Part shown: one piece after another, positions 12,897-24,989 of the stretch
Layout of the letters: each line of letters begins with the position of its first letter
How positions within the stretch are numbered: the stretch's first letter is position 1
Source of the DNA: Octopus sinensis
Lineage: Eukaryota
Assembly: GCF_006345805.1 (NCBI RefSeq)
Contig: NW_021834016.1
Location: forward strand, 1-51,684
Length of the DNA stretch: 51,684 bases
Direction: 5' to 3'
Position numbers and translations under genes: made by a program
Notes under the pieces: model-generated
Seen by the model: only the letters and a program-made list of their open reading frames with translations
What the model was told of the DNA's origin: nothing
The model's database searches: none

Positions 12897-12930
<34 letters not shown>

Positions 12931-13019
12931 TACTAAATAATAATAATGATGATGATGATGAATAATAATAATAATAATAATAATATAATAATAATGAAAT
13001 AATAATAATAATAATGATA

Positions 13020-13067
<48 letters not shown>

Positions 13068-13381
13068 TGATGATGATAATAATAATAATAATAATAATAT
13101 AATAATAATAAGATAATAATAATAATAATAATGATGATGATAATAATAAAATAATAATAATAATAAATAATAATAATAATAATAATGATAATAATAATAT
13201 AATGATAAAATAATATAATGATAATAATAACAATAATAATAATATTGATATAATAATAATAATGGTAATAATAATAATGATAATAATAATAATATAATAA
13301 TAATAATGATAAATAGAATAATAATGATAATAATAATAATGATAATAATAATGATAATAATAATGATGATAATAATAATAA
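12193..13381. repeat. About 1.2-kb (AAT)n/(GAT)n array
   Basis: Direct reading. Confidence 0.97.
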
Positions 13382-13382
13382 T

Positions 13383-14560
13383 GTGACAACAGAAATGAAC
13401 GGACCGGTACCCTACGAAAATGACCGTCAAAATAATGGGCCGGAAGTTGTTCCTCATGTCCCGCAAATAAAACCCAAAAGACATAAATGGACACGTGAGG
13501 AATACATTTCTATCTTACACGCATACTTCACAGCAGTACTTCAGAAGGAAGGAAAACTGATACAAATAGCTGCAAAACACTAGCAAAACAAAAGACTGTT
13601 CTCAGTATTTAAGGAAGCTGACAAATACAAACAAGAAATCATACGACCTAATAAATATGAAGAAGAAGAAGAAGAAACAACAAAAGCTATAAAACAAATG
13701 AAATCCAGACTAAAAATAGAACAGCAACGAACCATGATAAAACGATGGCAAGAGAAGCCCCTTCATGGTAAATACTGCACTAAACTAAACGCAAAAGAAA
13801 TAGACAAAGAAAAATCCCAGCAATGGTTGAGAAGCTCAGGACTCAAAGCAGAAAAGAGAAACAGAGGGATTTTTTAATTGCAGCACAAGACCAAAGCCTC
13901 CCCACCAGAAATTACCAAAAACATGTAATGAAAGAATATTACAAGTAACTGCAGAATATGTGGAGATGGACAAGAACAATAAATCATATTATCTCTAGCT
14001 GCCCAGTCCTGGCTAAGAAGGAATATATTCTCAGACATGACAGAGTAAAGATGGTATAGGCACACACCAGAAAAGGTCACAGAAAACGAGAAAAGCAACC
14101 ATACTCTGGGATATGCCGATACATACAGATAGAGAAATTAAGCCCAACAGATCAGATATAGTTGTCAGAGATCATGAAGAAAAAAAATGCTTTCTAATTG
14201 ATGTATCAATACAGGCAGATGACAACGTGTCTCTAAAGAAATGGAGAAACTCTCAAAATACAAGACTGGAAATAGAGGTAACTAGAATGTGGAATCTAAA
14301 AACAGAAACAATTCCTATCATAGTAGGTGAATTAGGCATGATAAAAAATATTCAGACAAATACGTAATAAAAACACCAGGACTTACAAACACATATAAAT
14401 ACAGAAAATTGCATTACTAGGCACTGCACACAATCCTACGCAGAGCACTTTCCATACAATAACCATCAGAGCATCACAATAAATCACAGCACATACCCAA
14501 GGCACACAGAGCTGCGCTCGGTAGTGAAGCGAAAGCACGCTATAAAAAATAAAACTACTG
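13383..14560 (+). mobile_element. Internally deleted R4/Dong-type element (N-terminal segment joined to C-terminal endonuclease region and 3'UTR)
   Basis: KRHKWTREEYISILHAY-type N-terminus, then RWQEKPLHGKY...WLRSSGLKAE...MPIHTDREIKPNRSDIVVRD. The 3'UTR matches 26206-26299 and 27455-27555. Confidence 0.8.
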
Positions 14561-14579
14561 AATAATAATAATAATAATA

Positions 14580-14638
<59 letters not shown>

Positions 14639-14678
14639 AATAATAATAATAATAATAATGATGATGATGATGATGATG

Positions 14679-14710
<32 letters not shown>

Positions 14711-14711
14711 C

Positions 14712-15075
14712 GTAATAGGGGCAATTAAAAAAGAAACAGAGAGGCTAACAATTGCAGCCCAAAATCATGCGATAAAACAAATACTTGAGAAAAATATATA
14801 TGGAGAGAAGGTGTAAGAAAAGTGATGAGGTTGTGGAACTTGGAACGGGGCAATCGCGCATATTGTGAGAAGAATATAAGAAATTGTGGAACGACCAGTT
14901 TGTAAAATTTATGCACTGAAATCTTTGCCAGAAATGGGTGAAGCTGGAAACACATGGTACAATGATCGAATCGAATGAGTACTAGAGTTGGAGAAATGTA
15001 AGATTTTGCTGGACTTTCCTATTCAAACGGACAAGAAAACAATAGATCAAATATTACAGTCATTGATGAGGAAAA
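14712..15075 (+). mobile_element. Degenerate R4/Dong fragment
   Basis: KKETERLTIAAQNHAIK...EKCKILLDFPIQTDK, directly after (AAT)/(GAT)n. Confidence 0.65.
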
Positions 15076-15117
15076 GAGAAGCTGCTTACTTATCGACCCA
15101 TTATGGGGGAGAAGACT

Positions 15118-15283
15118 ACTCGATTACATCGGTCCCAGTGTTTCACTGGTACTTAATTTATGAATCCGGAAAGGATGAAAGGCAAAGTCGACATCGGCGG
15201 AATTTGAACTCAGAACGTAGCGGCAGACGAAATACCTCTAAACATTTCGCCCGGCGTGCTAACGGTTTTGCCAGCTCGCTGCC
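15118..15283 (-). mobile_element. Family-2 SINE (Meta-domain-like)
   Basis: Minus strand GGCAGCGAGCTGGCAAAACCGTTAGCACG...GAGTTCAAATTCC (B-box)...GACTTTGCCTTTCATCCTTTCCGG. Confidence 0.75.
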
Positions 15284-15673
15284 TTCGATGTTCTAAATAA
15301 TACATGTAATTCCTACTATATTCCGGTTGCCACCTTCCAAGTCTTGCATCTATCTATATGGCAATGGAAAGCATGAAAGATACGAGTTTCTGTTAGAGGC
15401 TTACGGAACTTTAAGTCACATAGAATTGAATAAATTTTCTTCTAATAATATATGTAACTCTTACTGAATGTGTTGAATGCCCCTTCTCGTTCGTTTGTCC
15501 ACTCAATTGAGGAGGAGCTGAAAAGCTCCATCGCAGAAGGTCTGGTTAGCATCTAAGATCACTTAGAAAAACTGAAGAATTATTACGATAATTGAACCTC
15601 AGAGGGGTTGAATAAAATCTTAATTAATTGGCCCTCATGTATTTTTTTAACCCAAAACATTTCAGCCCCTCTC

Positions 15674-16750
15674 GTACGTACGTACGTACCTACGCATGTA
15701 TGTATGTATGTATGTATGTATGTATATATGTAGTATGTACGTATGTATGTATGTATGTATGTAGTATGACGTATGTATGTACGTATGTATGTATGTATGT
15801 ATGTATGTATGTAGTATGTATGTATGTTGTATGTATATATGTATGACGTACGTAGTATGGTATGTATGTATGTATGTATGTATGTATGTATGTATGTACG
15901 TATGTATGTATGTATGTATGTATATGTATGTATGTATGTATGTACGTATGATGTATGTATGTATGTATGTATGTATGTATGTATGTATGTATGTATGTCT
16001 GTATGTATGTATGTATGTATGTATGTATGTATGTATGTATGTATGAATGTATGATGTATGTATGTGTATGATGTATGTATGTATGTATGTATGTATGTAT
16101 GTATGTATGTATGTATGTACGTATGTATGTAGTATGCATGTATGTATGTATGTATGTACGTATGTATGTACGTATGTATGTATGTATGTATGTATGTATG
16201 TATGTATGTATGTATGTACGTAGTATGTATGTATGTATGTATGTATGTATGTATGTATGTATGTATGTACGTACGTATGTATGTATGTATTATGTATGAA
16301 TGTATGTATGTATGTATGTATGTAGTATGTATGTACGTACGTATGTATGTATGTATGTATGTATGTATGTATGTATGTATGTAGTCTGTATGTATGTCTG
16401 TATGTATGTATGTATGTATGTATGATGTATGTATGTATGTATGTGTGTATGTATGTATGTAGTACGTATGTATGTTGTATGTATGTATGTATGTACGTAT
16501 GTATGTATGTATGTATGTATGTATGTATGTATGTATGTACGTATGTATGTACGTATGTATGTATGTATTATGTATGTATGAATGTATGTATGTATGTATG
16601 TTGTATGTATGTATGTATGTATGTACGTATGATGTAGTATGTATGTATGTATGTATGTATGTATGTACGTATGTATGTATGTATGTATGTATGTATGTAT
16701 GTATGTATGTATGTATGTATGTACGTATGTACGTATGTATGTATGTATGT
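15674..16750. repeat. About 1.08-kb (TATG)n microsatellite with TACG variants
   Basis: Direct reading. Confidence 0.97.
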
Positions 16751-17171
16751 TTGTGAGAATCCAGCATCTCATTTTCCAATGTATTAACTTTTGGCTGGCA
16801 GAGTGTGACATGAAGGAAATTTCTCAGCTACTTCTTGTGAGTAAAGCCTTCTTTTGGCGCTTGTGTCCTTTCATTATTTTACGTCTGTGAAAAGAAACTC
16901 GTTTGTCAAGTTTTCTTTAGAAACAAAAATTGCAGTTTTGACATGTGCTCTCCTATATCCATAAGTATGTATGTATGCATGTATGTATGTATGCTTGTAC
17001 ATATGCATGTCTATGCACACACACATATATATATATATATATTTCCGGAGTCATTCTTGTTGCTTATTTTGATTATATATATATATATATATACACACAC
17101 ACATTCATGTGTGTGTGAATTTGTGTGTTTTATGTGTGTGTGTGCGTGTATGCTAATTACAGGAGTGATTT

Positions 17172-17203
<32 letters not shown>

Positions 17204-18126
17204 CATACACACACACAGTCATACATATATATACATATATATATTCTATAAATACATCAAACCAAACAAATTCAAGCATAGTTTATAATGAAGCAGCCTA
17301 CATGTCACCTCTTGGGTAGATCCAGTTATAGTGAAAGAAAACAGAAAATTAATTTTGATGTTTGAGAAATATTGATGTTTTTAAGAAATTGGTTTACATT
17401 TCGTTGTCCGGTATTTGTCGTAGGTTTATCGTTTAAAGTGAAAGACACAGAGAAGGTAAGGCAACTGTTGTTGGTGTTGTTGTTGTTGCTTTTGTTTTTG
17501 ATTTTTGTCTAGGTCAGCCCAAACTGAGTAAAGGTATGATACAAGGTATTCCAACAATGACTACCTTTACGTCGATAAATATACATATATATGTGTGTGT
17601 GTGTGTGTGTGTGTATTTTGAAGGTGTACTTAACAGGTAGGTGAATTGATTTATTTGAGATTGTGTGTTGATACTAAAAGGATTGCAGCGTGAAAGACGT
17701 GTTTGTCATTCCCAACCACGAAAAGAAAAAATGTCTTTTAAATTCACTTAGACATGTTTTTATAAAATTATTTTAGTAGTTTCTACCTTGACTTTTTTCA
17801 TATATATATTAACTCGTGTGTTCCTTTTCAACCTTCTACACACACACACATATATGTGTATATTATATAATATATATATATATATATAGATATATATATA
17901 TATATATAAATATAGAATAAAATATTTTTCGGGAAAAAAATTTTATCAATGGCCAGCATATCAAAAAATGCCTTTAAAGATAAAATTTATACATAATTTA
18001 CAAGATAAGGGCAGAAGAAAAATTCTAATGCCTGATATGCCGAAACAATAAATTGTCGATAACCATTATAATTTATGCGTCTCGAAACAAACCGATAGAA
18101 ATCTCTAAAAAATTCGTTATCACCGT

Positions 18127-19302
18127 ATTCTCCTAGAATATTCCACACATTTTCAATAGGATTGAGATCTGGGTTTTGAGCAGGCCAATCCATAACAATA
18201 ATCTTTTCAGCCTTGAAAAAGTTCATGACCACCTTAGCCTTGTGACATGGGGCATTGTCCATGAATATGGGTGGTCGCTTAATTGAATTTCTCAGCACAG
18301 GCAAGACATGATCTTTTACAAGTTGCTTATGAACTCCTGCATTTACCTTTCCATGTAATCGCACCAAAGGGCCCACACCATCTCCAGATATCATCCCCCA
18401 AACCATGACACTTCCTCCACCGAATTTAATACTAATCTTAAGGCATTTAGGCCACAATTTTTCACCTACTTTTCGACGAAAATAACATAAACTTAGATTC
18501 ATCACGGAAATGCACCGTTTGCCATTTTTCTTGAGACCACAACACATGTTCGGTTGCAAAGGTAAGACGACACTTTTTATTCTTGGAGATGATGAGTGGC
18601 TTCACTGCAGGTGCTCTTGCTTGTAGGTCATGTTCAACTAAACGACGAGACACAGTTTTTCGAGATAAAGTTTTCTTCAATACAATGCTCATTTTCCGAG
18701 AAACAGCAGCAGCAGTTTTAAATCTGTCCTTTTTAACCAACTTTACCATAGCACGATCTTCTCTCTAGGTCGTTTTTCTTGGCCTACCTGTAGACTTTCT
18801 TGCTTCACATGAACCACAATCATCGTAGACCTAAAGAATACCGTGAACAACACTTTTTCACTTGTTAACAATATTTGCAATAGACCCAATACTTAAATTA
18901 TCCTTCTTTCGAAGCTTAATAATCTGCTGACGAATTGGTAACGGGAGTAGTGGCATTATTATATTAACAAAGTACACTGCAGATATTTTACTAATGTTTA
19001 GTAAACTAACCGTCAGGTAAACAAATTCAAAACATTAGAGTTCACCGGTTAAATATACTAAAACACGGAGAGTAAAAGCAACCGTTCTGATCATTTTGGC
19101 CGCTATGGGTTTTGCAGTAAATCACTAAATCATCCATAACTTTTGTATTATCCGCTCAAATTACACCAAAATCTCAGACTATAACAATTAATATCGTATT
19201 TATTGTGTGTGAAAATTATAGAAACTAAAACAACTTTGATAAAAACTTATACTTACCTTTCTGACAAAAACAATGCCGTTCTGAACATTTTGGCCGCAAC
19301 TG
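18127..19302 (-). mobile_element. Tc1-family transposon (DD34E), 3'-truncated pseudogenised transposase, IR-DR-type end
   Basis: ATG at 18956. GRPRKTT HTH linker, DESKF, DNAPCHKA...WPAQNPDLNPIE (34 aa spacing), with stops and frameshifts. Terminus CAGTTGCGGCCAAAATGTTCAG flanked by TA. Confidence 0.92.
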
Positions 19303-21099
19303 TATATATATATATATATATATTAGAGAGAGAGAGAGAGAGGGGGGATAGATAGATATGGTTGGATGCATGGATGTGTGTTATATATAAGTGTATATGC
19401 ACATTTAACGTTTATGAATGTGCATGCATATGCACGTACATGAACGAATATACAGTGTGTGCGTTTATTTGGCAAAAAAAATTGACCGTCCTGAAATACA
19501 ACGATATTTGTTTCAATACACGACTTCATATCAGGAATCTTGCAGAACAAATTCATAAACGTATATATATATATGCAAATGGATGTCCATAGTAAAAAGG
19601 ATTTTGGAGGAGCCGGGAGGAAAGGAGAAAGAGTTGAAAAGCCGGAGAGCGGGTGGTATATGGATGTGGGAGGGAAGAGATGCCACTAGGGGATCAAGGA
19701 CACGGTCGAGGTATTTAGAGATGAGCTCCGTGGGGCAGTTACAGGCGGAGACGATGGGGCGGCCAGGGTTGTTGGGTTTGTGGATTTTGGGGAGGAAGTA
19801 AATGGTGGGGGTACGTGGGGTTCGCACAATTAGGTTGGATGCGGTGCGGGGGAGACGGGAGGACGAGATGAGGTCGTGGACAGTAGAGGATACCGTCGAA
19901 CTTGTCCTTACTCTGAACTGCTTCTCGTTCGCGGGCGAGTTCTACCATCAGATCTCGGGAGTGGCCATGGGAACGCGAATGGGCCCCAACTATGCGAACC
20001 TGTTCGTTGGCTATGTTGAGGCCCAAATATTCTCTAATTTCACTGGTCCCACTCCTGAACTATATGGTCGTTACATTGACGACATTATCGGTGCCACCTC
20101 ACTCTCCCGCGAACATCTAGATTCCTTCCTCTCTTTCGTCCAATCTTTCCATCCAGCCCTCCACTTCACTTCCACTATCTCAACACCTCTGTCTCCTTCC
20201 TCGACATTTCGGTTAGCATTCTTCACTCCACTCTTACCACCTCCATTCACTACAAACACACAGACTCACACTCATACCTCAACTTCTCTTCTCCACCCAG
20301 AACACACCAAGCTTTCCATCCCCTATTCCCAATTCCTCCGTCTACGTAGGCTCTGTAGTGACGACATGACTTTGAGGACTCAGTCTCAACGTATGGCTCA
20401 CCACTTCACCCTACGTGGATACCCCCTCACCACTATCCACACCGCCCTTGCCAGAGCACGGTCCGTGGACCGTGTATCTGCTCTCTCTCCCCGAACCCGC
20501 CCTGTAGTCTCCCGCCTCCCTTTTCCCCTCACTTACCACCCCACGACCCTACGTCTCCAACGCACCATTCTTCGAGCTTTCCGTCATCTCCAGTCCGACC
20601 CGTCCACTTCACACCTCTTCCCTAACCGACCCCTCCCCTCTTTCAAACGAGCCCACAACCTTCGAGACCTTTTGGTCCATAGCTCCTTCCCTGACCCTAC
20701 CTCCAACCCGGCTCGTTCCCCTGCTCCCGCCCACGTTGCCGCACTTGCCCTTACCTCTCCAACACCACCCGCCTCACTAGCAACCACCATCGACCCTATC
20801 CATCATCCACTCCTTCACCTGCACCTCCAGCAATATATCTATTGCATCTCTGCTCTCTCTGCAATTCCTTGTACATCGGACAAACGGGACGCCGCTTGGC
20901 TGACCGGTTCGCGGAACACCTTCGTGACATCCACCTTGCGAACGACACACCGGTCTCACGCCATTTCCGCTCCACGGTCACTCCTTGCAACACCTATCTG
21001 TGTTCGGTTTGTCCTTACACAGAGGCCATCCGGATTCCCGTTTGCGCCGTGAACAGGAATTAATTCTCTCTTCGCTCTTATACGCCATTTGGTCTCAAC

Positions 21100-21420
21100 T
21101 CTCCCCCTCCTCATCTAACCCCCCTCTCCCCCTCCTCACCTATCCTTTCCCCCCCGACCCCTAATTCTTCAGTCCTTCATCCTTTCACCCCTACTCCCCT
21201 TCCCTTTTCCCTCTTCTCCCCCCTCCTTCCCTCTTCCCTTCCCTCTGCTCCTCACTCCCTCTCTCCCCTCTCTCTCCCTTCTCTCTCCCTTCTCTCTCCC
21301 CCTCTCCCTCTTCCTCCTCCTCCCCCTCCTCCCCTCTCTCTCTCCCCATCCTCTCCTCTTCTCCCATCTTCTTCCCTCCCTTCTCCCCCCTCTTCTCCCC
21401 CTCCCCTCTTCTCCTCACTA
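21100..21420. repeat. Polypyrimidine (C/T) low-complexity tract
   Basis: About 300 nt almost exclusively C/T on plus. Confidence 0.9.
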
Positions 21421-21469
21421 CACCACACGACTTTACACATCACATCATATATGATGTGCCATACTAATA

Positions 21470-21920
21470 ATACACCAACTAATACATACTAATACGTACT
21501 AATACATACTAATACATACTAATACATACACCACCCTATACATACACACGTCCAGACCCCTCATACGCACTTATACTCTCTCATACACACACACACACTT
21601 ATACATACTAATACGTACTAATACATACTAATACATACTAATACATACACCAACCCTATACATACACACGTCCAGACCCCTCATACGCACTTATACTCTC
21701 TCATACACACACACACACACTTATACATACTAATACGTACTAATACATACTAATACATACTAATACATACACCAACCCCATACATACGCACGTCCAGACC
21801 AATCCTACGCACTAATACTCTCTCATACACACACACCACACACACACACACCCTTATACATACTAATACATACACCAACCCTATACATACACATGTCCAG
21901 ACCCCTCCTACGCACTATTA
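21470..21920. repeat. About 120-bp tandem repeat (3 full plus 1 partial) built on 10-bp TACATACTAA subunits
   Basis: Anchor (C)GTCCAGACC at 21549, 21669, 21791 and 21894. Confidence 0.9.
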
Positions 21921-22099
21921 GCTGGTCCTTCTACCCTATTATCAACCCTATATCAACCCTATTATCTCCCCTTATTTCGCTCTCGCGTCTCATGTTTGAT
22001 CTTTGACCTCTGGCCGAAATCAGATCGCCATGTTGATTCGTTAGCTACTGCACGCATTTTTTTCTCTCCTTCTTTCTGTGTTTTTTTTCTCTCTGTGTA

Positions 22100-22137
22100 T
22101 CTTTCTGTTGAAGAGCGTAGGCTCGAAACGTTAAAGA
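22100..22137 (+). ncRNA. Minimal hammerhead motif, A6U variant
   Basis: TCTTT CTGTTGA A GAGC GTAG GCTC GAAA CG TT AAAGA. Palindromic ACGT in place of stem III. Confidence 0.55.
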
Positions 22138-22266
22138 CTTGTTTATTTATATTTCCTGAGCGCCATACTAATACAATTGTTCGTTTGTTTTCCACCTGCC
22201 TTCGTCTTTTGTCTATTTTCATAAAGCTTCCGTTATATATATATATATATATAGATATATATATAT

Positions 22267-22324
<58 letters not shown>

Positions 22325-22334
22325 ATATATATAC

Positions 22335-22367
<33 letters not shown>

Positions 22368-22372
22368 CATAT

Positions 22373-22431
<59 letters not shown>

Positions 22432-22437
22432 GATATA

Positions 22438-22710
22438 TTAAATAGAGATAAAACCACTATTAGGCAATCAAACAATGAAAAACTTAAGCCAATACATAAA
22501 ATTAATAATTTATATTATTTTAAATATATATCAAAAGTATTAAAAGTTTAATAAAAGATAATGAGTAAAACACTACGATCGTTTCATGGCTGTCCAATTC
22601 GTAATACTTTTGACATATATTTAAAATAATATAAATTAATTAATTTTATGTATTGGCTTAAGTTTTTCATTGTTTGATTTGCCTAATAGTGGTTTTATCT
22701 CTAATTTAAT
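22438..22710. repeat. Inverted repeat (about 105-bp arms, about 59-nt spacer carrying a half hammerhead)
   Basis: AGAGATAAAACCACTATTAGGC...CAAAAGTATTA versus TAATACTTTTGAC...GCCTAATAGTGGTTTTATCTCT. The spacer has TACGATCGTTTC (reverse complement GAAACGATCGTA). Confidence 0.85.
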
Positions 22711-23208
22711 ATAATATAATATTTTACTATAAAATTGGATTCAATACTAAATCTGATTTTTTCCTGTAAGTTTGGATTTATTCCCTAATATTTTACTATT
22801 AATTTATATATATATATATATATATATGTATGTACGTATGTATACATCGGTTTGTCACTGACCTTCTCTTGGTGACTGAGGGACGTCTGTCTGTCGCTCT
22901 CTCCTCTATTTACATATACTCAGTTATCGAAATCAGAATTGATTGGTTTGCCATCAACAACTTTTGATTCCTTTGTACCTTTTCTGTCACTTAATTTGAT
23001 TCGGAATTGTTAAGTGTAATTAGAGTTTTTTTTAATAACTTTATCACTATCAAACTTGTTTTTTATTATTTAAGAAAACTTAATTAAAAGAAACCGCCGA
23101 AGGTTCAATTCGAGACAAAGATCTGCTACAAAAGTTATCTCCATTTCAAACAGTTACGAAATTTAAAGAGAAATTAAAATGAATCTTCCTTATTTTATAT
23201 GTTCTATA

Positions 23209-23223
23209 TTTTTTTTTTTACAG
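23209..23223 (+). promoter_or_regulatory. 3' splice acceptor upstream of the membrane-protein ATG
   Basis: Poly-T tract plus ACAG ending at 23223, 10 nt before the ATG at 23234. Confidence 0.55.
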
Positions 23224-23233
23224 GTAACGAAAT

Positions 23234-24825
23234 ATGGCTGTCATGCAGACGATGGTAACAGGAGACTGTTCTCTTATTCTTTCAATCATTCTTCTTATCA
23301 CACTGACATCATTGAACATCGATGCGAAGGAAATCAGAAATAATTGTGATATTAAAATTTCTTCCAATGTCAGTGAGATTTTATCTCGTTCAGTAAAATC
23401 AGGCAAAAAGGTTTTCAATTTTGAAGTCCAGTTATCCGATAAAAAACTTGATGACCTTCTGAAACCCGTACGAAAAGACATTTTACCTGGATTCCAGATG
23501 TACCTAATGGTTTCATAGTACATAAAAAGTTTTTCTATACTTTTAAAATTCACACTTTTAATTTGTTAGATGTCTACATTGCTAATCCAAGGATTGATGT
23601 CGATATAAATTGTGGAAAACAAAATATTCAGAGAAATGATTTAATATATTTAATTTTTGGGGAATTGAAAAATATCTTATTTATACCCAAATTGCAAACG
23701 GGAGAATCTGGTTTCATGTGTTTTTTTATAAATCTGTCTTATGATTTGAAGAGGAAAAGCCCTTGCGTATTTGAACTTTACGGAAGGATAGGTATAAATC
23801 GAAATATACTGAAGAACTATTGCTGTGTGAGAAATAAGAATGAAAGTCGTGATTATCACACCAAATCCATTTGTCCAGGAAAAGTCATTGAAAATACTAT
23901 GTTTTACAATTATGCAAATATCATCGGAGCAGTTTTGTGGGTATTTTCCCCATTGTTTATAAGTTTTGTATCAAAAGCGAAAGTACCTTCATATTCCCGT
24001 CAACTCAATCTGCCACTGTTTGCTCACGATGAATTCTTATTTACAATTAAAAACACATTGCCATACAAATCCGAGTGGATCAATGGAAAACATAATATTT
24101 ACACATTCTCTCATTTTCTGTCTTGGGTATTTTGTTTCCACAATTCCTCTTTCTTTGCCTCAAGACTAAGAAGATTCCTTTGTATTCTATTTTCTCTTTC
24201 AGTAATCTTTCTGGATCTTTTGATGCATTACTTCTTTTTATATGAAACAATAGAAATTCTTTACCAAGATGGGATACCATTGGGCTATCGCGCCCTAATA
24301 TTAGGAATAACAGAAAGTTATGAGAATACAGGTGGCTTCTTGGGGAGTCCGTTTTTGTGGTTCACGGTCTACATATTTTTCAGCTTTATTCTCTTCGTTC
24401 TTCCCAGTCGTTTAAGTGAGACTATCGCTTATAATACATTACATCAAAGATCCACTTTCACGTTTCTCATTCAAAATATCAGATTATTAGAGAAGTATGG
24501 CAGTTTAAATGTTTCTACACAACAGGATTATGATCTACTCTATGCAATAATGAAAGCTAATATTTCTACTGCTTTAAACCCAAATTTCTGGTATTTAATA
24601 ATTTATACTTGGATCAATCGTATCAAGAAAATTTGGTTATATTACTACAGGAGAAATATTTTCTGGAAATTCATTACACTTTGGCTCTTTATTTCCATTA
24701 CAATTTTATTTTCTGTATTTTCTGTCTGTGAATTATTTCTGTGCCTGGTTTATTATGGAATCCCAATTGTTTATCTGATCTTAACTTTACCATTAAGTTA
24801 TTCTAGAGTTTATCAAGTTATTTGA
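23234..24825 (+). CDS. Uncharacterised signal-peptide, multi-pass membrane protein (about 530 aa if one frameshift near 23455-23500 is repaired); may be a pseudogene or carry an assembly error
   Basis: ORF1 has a hydrophobic leader (LILSIILLITLTSLNIDA). The frame of ORF2 is open from 23455. Cys-containing ectodomain (NYCCV, SICPG) followed by at least 4-5 hydrophobic segments. Non-repetitive, with no TE motifs. Confidence 0.7.
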
Positions 24826-24989
24826 TATTCTCGATGAAATCAAAACATGTTCCAGGTTTTTATGGATTTTAACTACATTGTATAACATCATCATTATCAT
24901 TATCATCATCGTCGTCGGCATCATCATCATCATCATCATCATCATCAACAACAACAACAACAACAACAATAGTTGTGGTTAATGAAAAG

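Larger units (their letters stand above)
19578..22233 (+). mobile_element. Penelope-like element: RT plus GIY-YIG, inverted 5' segment, long repetitive 3' region, terminal pLTR with hammerhead motif
   Basis: Plus strand GVAMGTRMGPNYANLF, YGRYIDDII, CSLCNSLYIGQTGRRLADRFAEH. Minus-strand 19578-19899 encodes [18 protein letters not shown]...ILFTMDI. Confidence 0.9.

Noticed and set aside
15583-16811. Long ORFs such as the 398-aa YIHT repeat
   Set aside because: Stop-free frames of (TATG)n; no coding signal.
21470-21920. CRISPR-like array
   Set aside because: Whole units are repeated with no unique spacers, the context is eukaryotic, and there are no cas genes.
23455-23518. Programmed ribosomal frameshift joining the two ORFs
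   Set aside because: No canonical slippery heptamer or downstream structure seen. The window shows many 1-nt homopolymer losses, so error or pseudogenisation is simpler.
23234-24825. Possible cephalopod chemotactile (Cys-loop/nAChR-like) receptor
   Set aside because: The hydrophobic segments are separated by long loops, not the clustered M1-M3 plus M4 pattern, and no recognisable LGIC motifs are present.
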